Origin: Tubiluchus corallicola
Taxonomy: Eukaryota; Animalia; Priapulida
Direction of reading: 5' to 3'
Length of the DNA stretch: 64,000 bases
NCBI GenBank assembly: GCA_030141605.1
Contig: JAQGDQ010000025.1
Span: 1 to 64,000, forward strand
The notes beneath the pieces were generated by a model. It had not been told where the DNA came from. It made no database searches and was given only the letters and a program-made list of their open reading frames with translations. Within the stretch, counting starts at the first letter, position 1; every line of letters begins with the position of its first letter. Below are positions 40,101-55,400 of this stretch, one piece after another. A program made the position numbers and the translations under genes.

Positions 40101-43100
40101 AATACTTTATTATTATATTCAATTTTTAAAGTGCATTTTGAAAGATTATCAAATGCATTATTACAATGTAAAACAGCATCATAAAAAACGTAATATTACA
40201 AGCCTAAATTCATATCTGAAGTGTATCAATCGGTTAAGCATAAAAAGATTGTGGACCATATCAGTCAATTAATTGTTAATGATAGCGACAGTTTGGACTA
40301 GGGAAGGTCTGATATGTAAGTGGGGTATAGCCATTGATTGCATTACACGTTATAATGATTTTAATTTTATCCTACACTAATCCAAGTGTTGGAGTGATGT
40401 AATCGAATTTCTTGCAGTCAACAATTAAGTTAGCCGTTAGCGGCTGAGTTATGTAAGTATACGATTTTGAAGTTTTTGGATTTGATTGAGTGCTAGACCA
40501 ATTAATAAACTGTAGCAACCGGGAACTAATAAAAGCAACTATATTTAATCTTACTTTCAGTAATTAATTGTGATTAAATGAGAATTTCACGTAATTTCAG
40601 CCAGAAGAATTAGAAATAGAATTATTTAATATACTATAATCTCAAGTTCAAAATGTAAAAAAATATTAATTTTTATGAAATATGAAATTATTGATCATCG
40701 TAGTATGAATCTTTGTGAAAGTTAGACACATTGGTAGAAATAGTGTATTTATAAATAAGTGATTTAGGAAGAAGAGAGAAAACACAGTAATATTGAACAA
40801 CTTGGAAGAATTAGTCAATACAACAGTTTTTTTAAATTCTACTAGCTTACGTTTCCCACGTCGATAAAAAAATCATACCCATACACTCGAAACACATGCC
40901 TGTGATGCGTTGAAGCCAATAACAACCACGAGGCAGAAACAGAACGATAGCCACAGCGAGTATTTTATACGGCTCTATTTTTATCTTTCTCATCTTCACT
41001 AGTTACTAATTACCTAAACAGACACATTTCATTTCAAATTTTCGCGAAAATGTTACATAATCGACATATACCCACTGGCTTTATCAATGAGCAGAACTCG
41101 GTTAATGATTTTCTGATTGCACTAAACGTCAGATCCATATAGCTGGATCTAACTGGAAGTGAACTTCGTCAATCTTGTAGAAATTTGTGGTGATTCGTTA
41201 ACGCTAAGTTGAGGTGATCTGTGCTGTATTAAATTTTGTGCGAAACCAACACAAATTTTTATCACAATAGAATAAAATTGAAATACTACTTCCATGGAAA
41301 AAATTCGCACACTTGACAGCCAAGGCCAAGAAGCCGCCATGACTCAAGAAACTCACCATCCCAACTTGCAATAGTTACTCAGAAAAGTAATTATTATTAT
41401 TAAATTAACGTTCACCAAAACGTACTAAGATTACTCAAGATATCAGCAATGACGCATTAGACTGATCAAATAAAGATTAATGAATTGTAAGTCACTGCCT
41501 TTTGCCAATGCACCAATGAGCTTATAATAAATTAAGCTTTTAAACGTAGTATTGTAATTACTTGTTTTTACTTAGTTTGTGAAACAGTAATACTAATTTT
41601 TCCCATTTTTGAAAAAAATGTAAATGACTTAATGAACCATTTAAACGGCTGTTGCAACAGTTAGGATTCAAATTTTGAAATTCTACGTAACACGTCTCGA
41701 GACATGAACTTTTGATACAGCTGAAGCATTTTCAAGTACACAAAGTTCCAGTGTTTTTTTTTCTGAACCGAAAATTCACCGAATTTGTCCTTTAACGGAT
41801 TCAAAGTGTTGCCGCACTACTTTTCCGATGCTTTTTACGAAGCTTCGGGCAAGTTTTTTTTTCGTTTTAAAGATTTTACTGATTTCGTTCTTCAGCTTGC
41901 CATACTTCTCCTATACATTTTTAACCTGTACCGCTTTTCCTATGACATCCCCAGGCTAAAACGGCTGTTCTCCCCAAAAAGGTATCAATTTCACAATTTA
42001 CAATTTAAATTTGTGGCAATTTATAAACGAAGATCACCTTGTTGTCTTTTCTGCGGGCGGGCACAGCTTAACAAGATGGTGTAAAGTGAGCCATATATTT
42101 TCATTTGGTAACCCATCATTAAACGCAGCTAAGCAACCGAGTTCAGCTTCAAAGAATGTGGCTCTCCTTTAGTTTTATGACTGATGCGTTTCGATGATAC
42201 CTAGGGTGTATGTAGAAATGATAACCTTGCATCATCTTTATTCGAAATAAACCAAGTCCCCAGAACTAAACACTTGTACAGGAAATCTTTTCACAGCACA
42301 ATTTCGAGCTTGACTGATCGTTTTATACTCGTTTCTTTAACAAAGTGTAATTTTTCTCACATGTGGTGCGTCCAACCCTCGAAACTGGAATGTCTATTAA
42401 GATCAAACCGCCCTTTTCACACCCTGGGACAAAATAAGATCCCTTACTGTGAAACCAGCTGTCTTACATACAAGTGCAAAACACAAAAATGCTAATATTT
42501 GCCTATACAATAAAAAGTGGGTTTTAAGGCATGTCACACAACATTTTTGTTTGCCCCAGTGCCTCCAGATAGCACAGTTGCGCCTAGTGTTTTTCTCCTT
42601 TCATTGAAAATATTTGCCGAAATAAAAATCACATTTTGCTCTCTGTGCGGGTTGATTTGTTAAATGCCTAGCAGGTGGCAGCACGATTCTGGCCACCGAT
42701 GTTGTTTAACGTATACGTAACAGAAATGTGCATGATTTGCTCTAGAAAGTGTTCTGGCATTTCTTCCTGCGAGGATATTGCAAAGTTCCAAAGCTACTGT
42801 TACGCAAAGTCAACGACATGCTTTGTTATTATATTTCCTTAAGTGTTAATACGTACATTTCCTTTGCTGTTTATACGTACATTTATGTAATACTGGTTCG
42901 TGTTATTGACCTGGTAGGGCCACTAGCAAAACCAAAAAATTCCCAGCAACAAAAATTATACACAAGTAGATCACGATAGTTTTAAGTTACCGCAAAATGA
43001 CAGATTGTGCCATAGAAAAATACCCAACCATAACTTCCATTAGTAGGCTCTTCCTAAGAGGAACTAATTTGGAACTCTTGGTTAATTTTCTTAATAATAA

Positions 43101-43215
43101 TGTAAATGCTATACAATTCGGTGAAATCATCAAAATATCACATGAAGTGACATTATACATGTCGTATAGAGACCAATATGAGGTGACTGTGACTTTATGT
43201 ACTAATATACATATA

Positions 43216-43222
43216 TGTGTGC

Positions 43223-43287
<65 letters not shown>

Positions 43288-43358
43288 CGTATGCATGTGC
43301 GTGTGAGTTTGCGCACGCTTGTGTGTGTGTGTGTGTGTGTGCGTGTGCGTGCGCGTGC

Positions 43359-43389
<31 letters not shown>
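43216..43389. repeat. Compound (TG)n/(GCGT)n microsatellite
   Basis: Direct observation. Confidence 0.95.
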
Positions 43390-44578
43390 CAATTATATAA
43401 CCTCAATATGTACGATAACTTTTCCTTTGTATATAATTTTTTACTCTAATACATGTATCTAATTTTGTGTGGTTTTTTTTATTATAGATTTTCAGCATCG
43501 TGTGCTATATAGTTTAAATTTTATTGTATTTGTGTATATATTAGTATATGGCTTCTAGCTGAAATAAATTGATCAACTGATTATTAATACCTTGCTTGAT
43601 GACGGTATTGTCTGGAAAATTATACCCTAATCCAGATTTGTTTTTTTAACTAATTAGCACCTAGCTACAGGCCATATAATGTGTAGGAGCTAGTGCGTCC
43701 TCCTATTTGTTCGTAGATGAAAAACTACAGGGATAACATTTTACTGGGGGAGGAGTACAAAAACAGCTATTAATGGTACTGAATAGTTTATTACGTCAAA
43801 GCATTGCTGAAACAAATGCTAATCTATCATGCCCTAAATATTTAGTATAAAAGCTCCAGATGTATTTTACACAATCTTAAAAGGTGTGATTGAAGCAGCA
43901 ACTAGAAGACTCTTAAAGTAAAACCGTACGATTGATTAGAGTCAATCTCATTTTAATTTACTGTCCAAAATATACATTTTTTACCTAGAAAAGTTAGCAA
44001 TTCTTTTTAATATTTGAATAATTACCTTGGAAAGTTGATTAACAACAGTCGAGCACAGCTATCGCTTACGTCACAAACTAGCCACAGTTTGTGCAATGGT
44101 AGGTAACTTCCCTGCGCGTCAAGCACGTTTGCGTAGGCTAAGATTGCTATAAGACGCTAATGTAATGTCACGAAAATGAGCTTTACGTTACAGTGACGTC
44201 ACAGACGAACACTGTAGTTCATGGTCATGTTTATCACGGTTCCACGCCTATTTGTCGGCCACGCGAATGTCACAAGAAGGCTTCATTGTCAGTCTTAGTG
44301 GATTCGTTGAGCTGCGTGTAGCTTTGGAAATTTAACAAAATTTAACTATCCGTGGTAATTATTATTTAACCTAAGCTTTGATTTAAAAAAAGCTGTTATG
44401 CTGTAGTTTTCAATATTTTAGAGCATACTTCATGTTGAACTAAATGTTTACACAATAGTACGGTTTTCTTTTACTTTTTTCTATTGAAAGGAATACGATG
44501 AAAATTCCCTGGACGTGAAGACGCCATACACACAGGAGCTTTCCTGGAAGTGTCGTTTAGGTGATCCAAGAACATACC

Positions 44579-44714
44579 ATGGATCAGCATTCCAGACTTG
44601 AGATACACCTGCTAGATGTTTTGGAGGACGTTGAGTTATGCGAGTCGCTGCTCAAATCAAACACTTCCAAACAGCACGCTGCGAGAAATACCCAAGGCTT
44701 AAGCCCATTTTACG
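44579..44714 (+). CDS. Tentative first coding exon of the PDZ-domain gene
   Basis: ACCATGG start context. A phase-1 donor G|GTCAGG is frame-compatible with the acceptor at 52405. The donor is weak and there is no homology evidence. Confidence 0.25.
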
Positions 44715-46199
44715 GTCAGGACACAAGAAACGTGACCCAAGGAAGTGCTGTCAGAAAATATTTAGAAAATTTTCGATTTATTTTCAAAATCTCATGCAGC
44801 AAAAAAGTTTATTTTACAGTGAAACCGCGCGATTTTTTCCCGCGCGTCCAGTTATCTACAGCTGCTTTGCGAGTTTTATACAGTATAACTATACCTAAAT
44901 AAAATTATACTCGCGTATCGTCCTTACTGTGAAATAGGCCGCCTCACACTCTGCATATAGATTCGCAGTAATTATTGTCTCAGCAATACTTTAATGTAAT
45001 AAATAATCCTGTAATATTACTCGCTGCTTCTGTACCCCGCAGCAAAGGTTATGTACCACCCTGTAGTTTCAATTTTGCTACAAGCCAATTAACGTGACAC
45101 AGAAAATCTGTAGGCCAGGGCTTTGTTTTCTTACGAAACTGCGGGTGTTGCTTCAAATGAGTTATTAGACAAGTTATTTACTGTAATATCTGGTAAATAT
45201 GTAATAAAAACAACAGCTGGTCTAGCTCTGATCCCCCTCAAAACCCGGGCGCTGTGGTTTACAAACTAGACTGCCTACTGCTACTAACGTTGCTTATTTT
45301 GCCAAGAGTATTTGCCGTGCGATCTTTTAAACAAAAGCAAAATAGTGAAGCCTTTTCCTAGTTTGTGAAGGTTTTCATAAGCGTCTGTTACATTTTACAT
45401 TGCGTGAGCACTGGCTAAAGTTAGATGGTACGCGAAGGCGCCAAAAATTTCTACAGGTTTTTACAATATCGCAAAAGGAATTTCGATAAAATATTCATGA
45501 TCCATAAAAATCGACAATTTAGGAACAATGAACTTTCGTGGCGCAGTTAAGTTACTCGTTTATTCTGATTGTGAACATTTAAAGCGACAAAAATTATAAA
45601 TTCGTCTGCAAGGGCCTCATATTTTGTACGTATGGATAGTGAAACAGGCGCAGTACCGCATTACTTCAAGTGTTTTTTGAACGCAGAAACGCGAATGATG
45701 GATTGTATGATAGTTTGAATTGCGCAACAGTGTCACTTGCAGTGTTTTTCGCATGCAGCAACATGAATGATGAAATGCAAACAATTATTACTATGAATTT
45801 TGCAATAGTGTGGCTTTAGAAGATGTTTCTTAACAGCAGCAACGTGAGTGATGGATTCGTCTAGATCCATGTGGAGTAGAATGTTTGGCAGTTTAGAATG
45901 GTTGGCAAAAGCCACCTGCAATTACCTAAAATTTGGTAAGATTTGAAAACAATTCAGCTGTTTCCTAAACTAAGTCACAAGACCAGAAACAATTTGTACA
46001 ACCAGAATAATTTATGCCGTGTGTTATCAGCAATTAAATGAATTGGAAACAGAAACATACTTCTAAATCCCATCTGCTGCTTATGTGTAAAATGTTTTAT
46101 TTAAGAGAAACTTACATTTTTTAGGTTCACAAAATCTTCAGACCACGAGTTTGCAAATCTAATATATTTTTATTTATTTTTTCATTATTTAAAATTTAT

Positions 46200-46660
46200 T
46201 TCGTACATTTAAAGTACATAGCGTTATAAAAAATTCAAACACTCAGCTTTACAGATTATTATAATAATTACAATTAAACTACTTCAAAATGTTTACATAA
46301 TTTTATATATACACACGCAGACACAACAAATAAACACACAAAACAGATACAAATTATTAACTTATACAATCCAGTTTCTCTCACTATTTCGGTCCTAACA
46401 ATCTACTAACCTAAGAAAATCTTCGGACCTAACAATTTACAGCGACAAAAAAGTCTACCTTTCCAGGTAACGTTAAGCCATCATCACCAAACAAATGGTA
46501 TTGAAATAAATCCACATCACGTGAACAAATATTTGTAGGTAAAAGCAGGCAGCGCACCCTGCCACCATTACCAATATTAGATCGTAAAGCTGCCTTGCGC
46601 TTTGTTAATAAACCAGGTTTGTCCAGGTCAAAAGTTGAATCAAAGTGCAAAACTGTAAAA
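46200..46660 (-). mobile_element. Possible decayed LINE 3' end
   Basis: LFGDDGLTL..VDFF.AV resembles LINE ORF2 C-termini and is followed by a T-rich tail on the minus strand. Confidence 0.3.
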
Positions 46661-47183
46661 CTGGTGTGTTAACTTGTACTCCTTGGGCTTCAAAACTGCT
46701 GATGTAGTGCTTTTGAACTGATTAATAACCGCTAGTTTCATTATTAACTCTTCGTTAAGTGCATACAATATTGGCAGCTTTAAGCTTTATAATCTATTGG
46801 GCCCATCAGCACGTGAGACCTTACTTTGTCATGAACGATTTGAATTCAGTTCTGTAATACATACAGCTAAGCCCGGCGGGTCTGAATGTTGGCTTCAAGG
46901 CTGCACTGGCTTCTGCAGCTCAAACGCTCCTAAAGCCATTTTATCTGACAGCTGTTCCTTTCTGAGAAACCCTAGACGATGTGGCAATGTTTTTGTTTTC
47001 AAAAACATGATATTAAAGAGTATATCTAACAGAATCGTAATTACAGTTGCTATTTGGGAGAGATTCTGGAGGGAGCGTTGCTATGTCTCCACTTTAGTAA
47101 GGGGGGTTGGGTCAGTATCGTAAACCAATTGTAGTATTGCTATTTGGGTAATCTTAAACATTTTGTGTTGAGTAAATCAGTGA

Positions 47184-47349
47184 ACGGACGGACGGACGGA
47201 CGGACGGACGGACGGACGGACTGACTGACTGACTGACTGACTGACTGACTGACTGACTGACTGACTGACTGACTGACTGACTGACTGACTGACTGACTGA
47301 CTGACTGACTGACTGACTGACTGACTGACTGACTGACTGACTGACTGAC
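47184..47349. repeat. Compound (GACG)n(GACT)n microsatellite
   Basis: Direct observation. Confidence 0.97.
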
Positions 47350-49057
47350 CAACAGAAAAACAAATAAACAAAAACCCATCAACAAACAAATAAATAAATG
47401 AGCTAGTAAACAAATGAAAGCAAGAACTGAACAGCGTTACAATTACACTTAACCGTTTGTTTCTGTTTTTCGCTGTAATAACTCTGTTGTGATGTGTATT
47501 AGTGAATATAGTAGTAAAATGATAGCTAAAACATAATTATTACTGCGCAATGTAGCCTAAACAACTAGTAACAGCCGTATTGGCTAAAATGCTTAGAGTT
47601 CTGCCATAGTAAACATTAAGCAAGATTTGGCATCGTTGAAGTCGGTAAGACGCGCACTTTACAATGTTGCTATGTTAAAAATCCCAAAGAAATTGCAAAA
47701 CCCTTTCGCTGAAAAACGATAGCGAAAATGAGGAAAATAATGCAGCATAAAGAATTTTGATCACAAATCCTACATTCATAGTGGTTTCAGTTCAACGTAA
47801 GTAGACTGTTCAAGATTACTGAGTTTTTGAGCTGAACTAAAACATTTTTAATTAAAAAAGCTCCGTGTGGTGTGTAGATGTCGCCACATTGCAAAAAAGC
47901 GTGACCTGCTAATTTATTCTTGGAGACATTAACTTCATTGAAGGAGCAGTTTAATATTACCTAGAAGCAACAGCATGGATTATATTGGTCTAAACCTTCG
48001 TGCTACATTATGTGAAACATGTGAAAACAATCGTGAGCAAATTACCTAATTTACTACAATGTAGTGCACAACTTTTGCTAGCGGTGTGTAGAAGCGATGT
48101 ATGGTATTAAAGTACAATTTATTACAGCATAATATAATTTAAGCAAGGCCTACAGTTAAAAACATCCCACAACAATACAAAACAAAAGGTAAACAAAAGA
48201 AAGAACGCACAAAAAATACAAACAAAAATATTTTAGTGATCTTTTTCAATCTTTAATCTTCTTTTCTTAATCTTTATTTATTTTCATCTAGACACCCACA
48301 CATACAGGCATAATACAAATGATGATTTTAAGATATTTTGTTAAGAAAGAGCAACGGAAGACCAATTGGTATCGACCATATTGGTAACCAATATACCAAT
48401 ATACACACACATATAAATATATACACATTTATATACAAAATATAGTATATTGTATGTTATTAAATTTTATGCACAGGGATATGGAAATTATAATTTATCT
48501 AATAAAAAGAGGATCATGTGAAAAATGTGGCTAAATACCAAAAAATATACTGCAAAAATTATTGTAGGTTGCGTGTTATAATCATGCAAAAGCAAGCAAA
48601 TGTACCATTGGCCTGTAAAGAGTCAGAATTTAATTTTCGATGATTTGAGGTGAAATAACTAGCCAGCTATTTAAAACGCAAAAAAGTTACCTGGATGGCT
48701 GTGTAGAGATTTGACAGTGGCACCCGTGATTGTACTTACTGAAAATAATCCTAAGAGTGGACTGAAACGTCGTGTCTCTCTTCCTTTTGATCGAACTATT
48801 TAAGTTACTCAAAATTTTATCTTGTATGTATTTTCCAAGGAGCTGAAATGCTAAGCTTTATGTTCATTTTTCAACAAATATTTGTCGTGTTAAGAGGATT
48901 GTGGATGATAGGATGAAAACAACGTCGGCTTTTCGTTTAAAGCGACATTAACTTTAGCAAGATGGCAAACATTCGACATTAGTTGATTAGCTCACAGGTC
49001 AAAGTCACTGAGCTCCATAAAAGATAGAAAAACGTAATTTAGTTACTGCCACGAAAA

Positions 49058-49372
49058 ATTAGTATTAATATTAGTATTAGTGTTAGTGTTGGTGTTGGTG
49101 TTGGTGTTGGTGTTGGTGTTGGTGTTGGTGTTGGTGTTGGTGTTGGTGTTGGTGTTGGTGTTGGTGTTGGTGTTGGTGTTGGTGTTGGTGTTGGTGTTGG
49201 TGTTGGTATTGGTATTAGTATTAGTATTAGTATTAGTATTAGTATCAGTATCAGTATCAGTATCAGTATCAGTATCAGTATCAGTATCAGTATCAGTATC
49301 AGTATCAGTATCAGTATCAGTATCAGTATCAGTATCAGTATCAGTATCAGTATCAGTATTAGTATTAGTATT
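49058..49372. repeat. Compound hexanucleotide array (TATTAG/TGTTGG/TATCAG)
   Basis: Direct observation. Confidence 0.97.
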
Positions 49373-49937
49373 TGTTGGTTCAAAAAGTGGGACATCAATT
49401 CAATGACCATGACACAAACGCTTTTTGTTGACGGTACACGATCAACCCTAGTCATTCGATTAGTTTCTGTCATTTTTCAAAATTTTTGTTCATTTAATAC
49501 ACAGTAGGTGAGAGTAACTGTAATCGGGGGTGTGTCGTCTTGCTGAAATGGCATTACTGTAAAGAAATGAAAACGCTTAATTTGGCAACAGTTTGATTCC
49601 GCGGGTTGACTTTACTGTAAGTTTAATACAACGTCTTTTCCATCTGTATTGCTGTACGTCTATAATTGAACAATAACGAATCTCTTTGCCTTTTGAAGCT
49701 GTTGATTTTCGCTAAAACTTTTCACGATATAGGTAGTCTAGTACACTAGCTCTCGTATAGATGGCGACAATATTGCTGTATGAAATGCCGGTGATAATAT
49801 TCATGTGCAAAATGATGTTATTTGTTGACAACGACGAGGAAGTATCATGCATAGGTATCACGTACTGGTGCTTGTTTTAATAAGTTAATTTATACCGCAT
49901 AAATTAAACTGTGTAATAGGTCTATTATATTAATTAA

Positions 49938-50480
49938 AGGAAAGGTCAAACCTTCTGAGTAGTTAAGCTTATTTCAACATCCGTGAAAAACGTTAGAAAG
50001 ATTTAGTACTAAAAGTGCGGTGCATTCCTGATTTAATTAGTAAAATTACTTTAAAGTCGCGATCATTTCACTCTTAGCTTTAGGTGCTTCCATTTTGAAC
50101 GCCATTTTTCCACCAAAGACGCGGTTCGTTGACTCAAAAAAAGCAAAGCACCGTCAATTAGTGTCAAAGGTAGAAAAAGGTTCTACAAAAAATTAGGGGG
50201 CTAATTTTGTGATATTTCTGCGTGAATACTAGGTAAACAGCAGACATTTGAATTATTTGAACTGGCGCGCGCTTACGAAAAGCCACGAAACCATCATTTA
50301 CGTCATAATTTCCAAGTGAATGGCGTCTACCACCACGCCTAAAAATTTCTATACAGCAGTAGTATAAATTAACGTTGATTTCTACAGACAATTTTTTTGC
50401 AAATTTCTTTGTTATATTTTTCAAGTTTAAGTGATAGCAGTAACATAAATGCAACATGCTAAGTGTGCTTGTCCTTTCCG
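49938..50480 (+). mobile_element. Kolobok-like MITE family A, full copy (543 bp)
   Basis: TTAA|AGGAAAGGTCAA ... TTGTCCTTTCCG|TTAA. A TTAA duplication with AGG termini fits Kolobok rather than piggyBac (CCC termini). Confidence 0.82.
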
Positions 50481-51735
50481 TTAAGAATTCGAGCGGTATT
50501 TTTGATAGGCATAGCAAAAAATTGCGCAACATTTTGTTACAACTGCAGTGGTTATAACCTCAATGTGAGTTTTGCAACAACGTCTATTCTGTTGTCATGA
50601 ACTTTCAGTGTTTGCAATTTAAGTACCGAATTAATTTTATGCGTAACAACCTTCACATTTCAGGCCAAACCTACTGCTCGCTCGTTTACATCAGGAGTTT
50701 TAGGACCAATGACGTTTATTGGCAGAAAAAGATCCTACACAAACAAACATAGGCGCAAGTCCCGTTAGACAAATAGAACACATACTTTTTAGTACACCTC
50801 TACGTATTTCAAATAAAATCTAATAGTTCTTGTCAAACCACGGGATTGGTTAATTATTTGCCAACAACAAACACGGCTTCCGGCTTTGAAGTATAACTCA
50901 TTTTAATTTATTTTCTTAGCGTGTGTCATTCGTGTAAGCTTTACTTTCGGAATTTGTCATTGATTTGGGTTAGGCTATTTTATCCTTTGTGTAAGAACAT
51001 TTGTCTTAGGTAAGCCGTTTTACATTTTTTACATACAGAAATTTTTAATTTTGTTGCAATCTGTTTTTATTTATCTAAATAAATGACTTTTGTTTCTGCG
51101 GTGAAATACGATTATGATTCTCATTAGAAAAGCATTGATATCTGTCGCTTTGAATCACAGTGCAGGACAAAAGATTATTCTTGTTCTCCAGTAAAAATGT
51201 ACCAATCATTTACTATATGTATTTTCAGCATTGTAAAGATGTTAAAAAAAAGATGTTGGCAATACTGACTGTAACGATTATTTGAATGATGATGATGGTA
51301 ACGATGATGACTAAGACGGCGGTGACGATGATGATGTAGTGAGTACAATAGTGACTGGAAATACTGTAGTAACGACAGCTATGGTGCTGGTAATGAAAAA
51401 ATAATGAAAGCAACAATGTAGGATCAACAACCAGAATATTTTCACTTCCTCAGATCAGTTGCTTTGCCTCGAAAAGAGATTGTTTGACACTCAAGGTGTT
51501 GATACTTTTGTATTTATTGACACGGAATATTGAGTTATCGGAAACGGCTGACAGGTCATCAAGTGGGAAAAGAAGAAAGGGTTTCTAACAAGTTTTGCTT
51601 TGAAATATAAAGTTTCTGGATAACTAAGGTTTCGGCATTCAGCCACCTACTCACCAAACGGTCATATAATACCTTGAAATGATGATTTGTTTCATTATTC
51701 TGTCCTATTCAAGTAATGTTACATCAGTTGTGTAT

Positions 51736-52387
<652 letters not shown>

Positions 52388-52404
52388 TCTTAAAATTCTT
52401 ACAG

Positions 52405-52641
52405 ATCAAGAAGGGAAAAACATTTCGGCGCGAAGTTGCCACACAGATCAGATCTGCACTACAGCCACAGTGGTACAATTGAGAAGAGATCCTCAACTTG
52501 GATTAGGAATAGGCGTGACGAAACGAGCACACAGAAGAAACCAGAAGCACGGTTCGACTGAAACGGAAGAGGACACGGCAATAATCATTACGGAAATTGT
52601 TCCTGGTAGTCCTGCTGAAAGGAGTGAAAGTTTGAGAAAAG
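52405..52641 (+). CDS. PDZ-domain protein exon (N-terminal part of the PDZ domain)
   Basis: TTCTTACAG acceptor. Translates VVQLRRDPQLGLGIGV...IIITEIVPGSPAERSESLRK. Phase-1 donor G|GTAGT. Confidence 0.85.
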
Positions 52642-55014
52642 GTAGTAGATTTAAGTTGCTTTTGAAAATTTTTTTTTAATTAAAAATACATTTAAATGTT
52701 TCGAATCTAATACTTGTTTCCAAAGCAGACTGCTGTCAATTAAACAGCATGTAAGATATAAGATGTAATTTTTTTACCATAACTATTCAATTTTATCTTA
52801 CTAATCAAGTTTTCATCTTTTTACCTGCACTTTAATTTATTTGTACATTTTTGTGTATGTGTATATTGTACTAACCAAGTACCATGTATACTATACCTTT
52901 ACCTGTAATTTTACTCTCTATACATTGTCAATACATTTTACGATGTTTTTGGTGGATATATAAGTTTCCTGACTTCGTAGACAAAATGTCTGCTGTTTCA
53001 GAAACGTCCTGTGACAACTCGGGATCGAGAAAAGTCCAGTTTATAAACTGTGTTTGAATCACTACGACTTTAGTCAATATTGACTTTAGTCAATATATCG
53101 ACATATCGATGTATCGATTATATACAGTTGAACAACTAGAATTTCTTCTCGGAAGCGCTGGCCAGTTACGAAGTTACCACAAGAAAATTATGGCTTTGCA
53201 GCAAAATGAAATGACAGTCAGCTTATTCTGCTTGAGTAATCGGTTTTTCACGTATTTTGTACTATATAACGCATGTAATATTATAAAAATGTATTATTAC
53301 TGTCGCTATTTGTTCCTAGCACAGGGAATTGTGGTTTTTCGAAGTCTCCTTGCTGTTCACTCCGCAGGAAATTTAATCTTTTATAGTGTTTGCTAGAATC
53401 TAGGCAGCTTATTGAAACAAAAACTCAAGAGAACGAGGCGAGCAGATAAGGTTTCAAGAAAAAACACCTGACCACTTAGTAAATTAGTTCCTTGTTACCA
53501 TTTGTATTGTCTGTGCATAGGTTTTGTTAAGGAAAGCTCTTCTCCTTCGGACTGTCGACAAATTCAGTAAAAATTTGTTGCAAATTTCAGTTTCCAATGA
53601 ACTTGTATAAACGTGATAAGTGCAGCGAGCAAAGAATTTTCTCTCTTACACCTTAGTCAAGAAGGTACTTTTTGCGGCTTTCAGAAACAACGGTGAATGA
53701 AAGAAAGAAAGACCTGAAGCCATATAAGATATAATCTAAATTTTGAGATTTTGCACAGCTTAAATCACTTTTTTGCATAATTTTCCACTCAGTCTGATAT
53801 GGGAGCGACCAAAAAGATCACGTCTGAAGAAGGGTTTCCAAAATCAGTGCCCTCTAAAGTTTACAAAACGGTCATTTTGGGCAGTTTGCGCGCAATTTAC
53901 ATTAATACTGGGGAGGTCTGGATGCCTTCATATTTTAACGCGCCACTGATCAACTTATGACGCAACATTTCTGCATTGTGGGCGTACATACCTACATAAC
54001 AAAGGGTCAAACTAACTTCCTGAAAGTTAGATCAAATTCTTTCTGGCTCCCACAGCTTCACAGTAAAAATTGCACAGGTAAAAATCGCACAAATGGTAAA
54101 ATAGGAAAAATGGTACACTTGTAAAACTGAGTTTAGGATAAGGGTTACTGTAGGTGATAATTAATTTAGTTATTTTTAATTAAATGCGTGCGTGCGTGCG
54201 TGTGCGTGTGTCTTATAGCTTTTTAAAAAGGGATTGGTTTGCTTACAAGGTAGGGTACTTTATTTTTATTATTTTCAACATGTTCGTGCATTATTACTTA
54301 TAATTCTATTTAAGAAACAGAATATTTTGTGAATCTTTTGCTAGTCTGTAGAACTTATATAGGTATATTTTTGTATATTTGGTTGTTTTGTGTTTTTTCT
54401 GTCGAAACAATCTGGCGAATACGTTTAGACAGAACGCATTCTAGTTATATTATAGAAATTATGTGCATCAAAATAACATATGCCATTTTTTCTGTGCGTC
54501 TTTTTACATATATTTGACTCCCCGTCTACAAGATGCCACAGTCATGAAACTGATGTAATATCGCTAGCAGTACGCAAGACGGAGAGAGTACTACTACATG
54601 TCATATTAAGACACTTTAAACACTAAATATTTTCGTCGAATTCGGAATCATAAAAGCTTCTTGCGTGTTTATGAAAACATTACAAAACATGCATGACTGT
54701 TTAATGGCTGATAGATGTTTACATTTTATTCGTTCGCGTTTTTTTAGGTTTAATCGGTTACTACAACATAAACGCATCCAAAAAAGATTTAAAGCTCTAG
54801 AAAACCCCTTATTTAAGTAAAGCTAAAAACATTCGTCTTGGAATTTTATACCACTTATATGGTGTCTTATTGAGTACAGAACTTCAGTTAGCAGTAACGC
54901 TATATAAAACTTGTGAATTTAAACTTCCTCAATCACGGTTAGGCGCAGTTCGGCAGGTCGTTTAAAAAGTTCAGATAACATTGGGTAAAGTTTGAAAAAT
55001 AATCAGAGCATTCG

Positions 55015-55400
55015 TTAGGGGTGAGAATTCTGTACCAGAAAGCGAATTCGAATCGAACCGAATTTGTGACTTTGGAATTCGCATCGAACCAAACTTCAGT
55101 GTTTCGAATTCGAATGGAGATTGAAAGATTTTCGAGCAAGTTTTCGAATCACCAGTAAAACTTAGTCTTACAAAAATCATGCATATAACTCGATTTAGTT
55201 CTGCAATAAAACGACTATTAATTTGTTTAAAATTGTGCACTGAAATCTCGGCTAAATTATCCTAATTGCATGATGTTTTAATCGTTTTAATGATAAGTGC
55301 TGAATTATTCGAATCTATAGTTTTAGGTTCGAATCGAGTTCGAACTAAACAATCGAATTTGATTCGAACTTTCGAACTCGAACATTCGTTGCTCAGTCTT
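55015..55400. mobile_element. MITE-like element rich in TTCGAA palindromes
   Basis: Clusters of TTCGAA/TCGAAT near both ends, with a TAGGG start. Boundaries are approximate. Confidence 0.45.

Noticed and set aside
49938-50480. piggyBac assignment for the TTAA-flanked elements
   Set aside because: The termini are AGG-type rather than the CCC typical of piggyBac.
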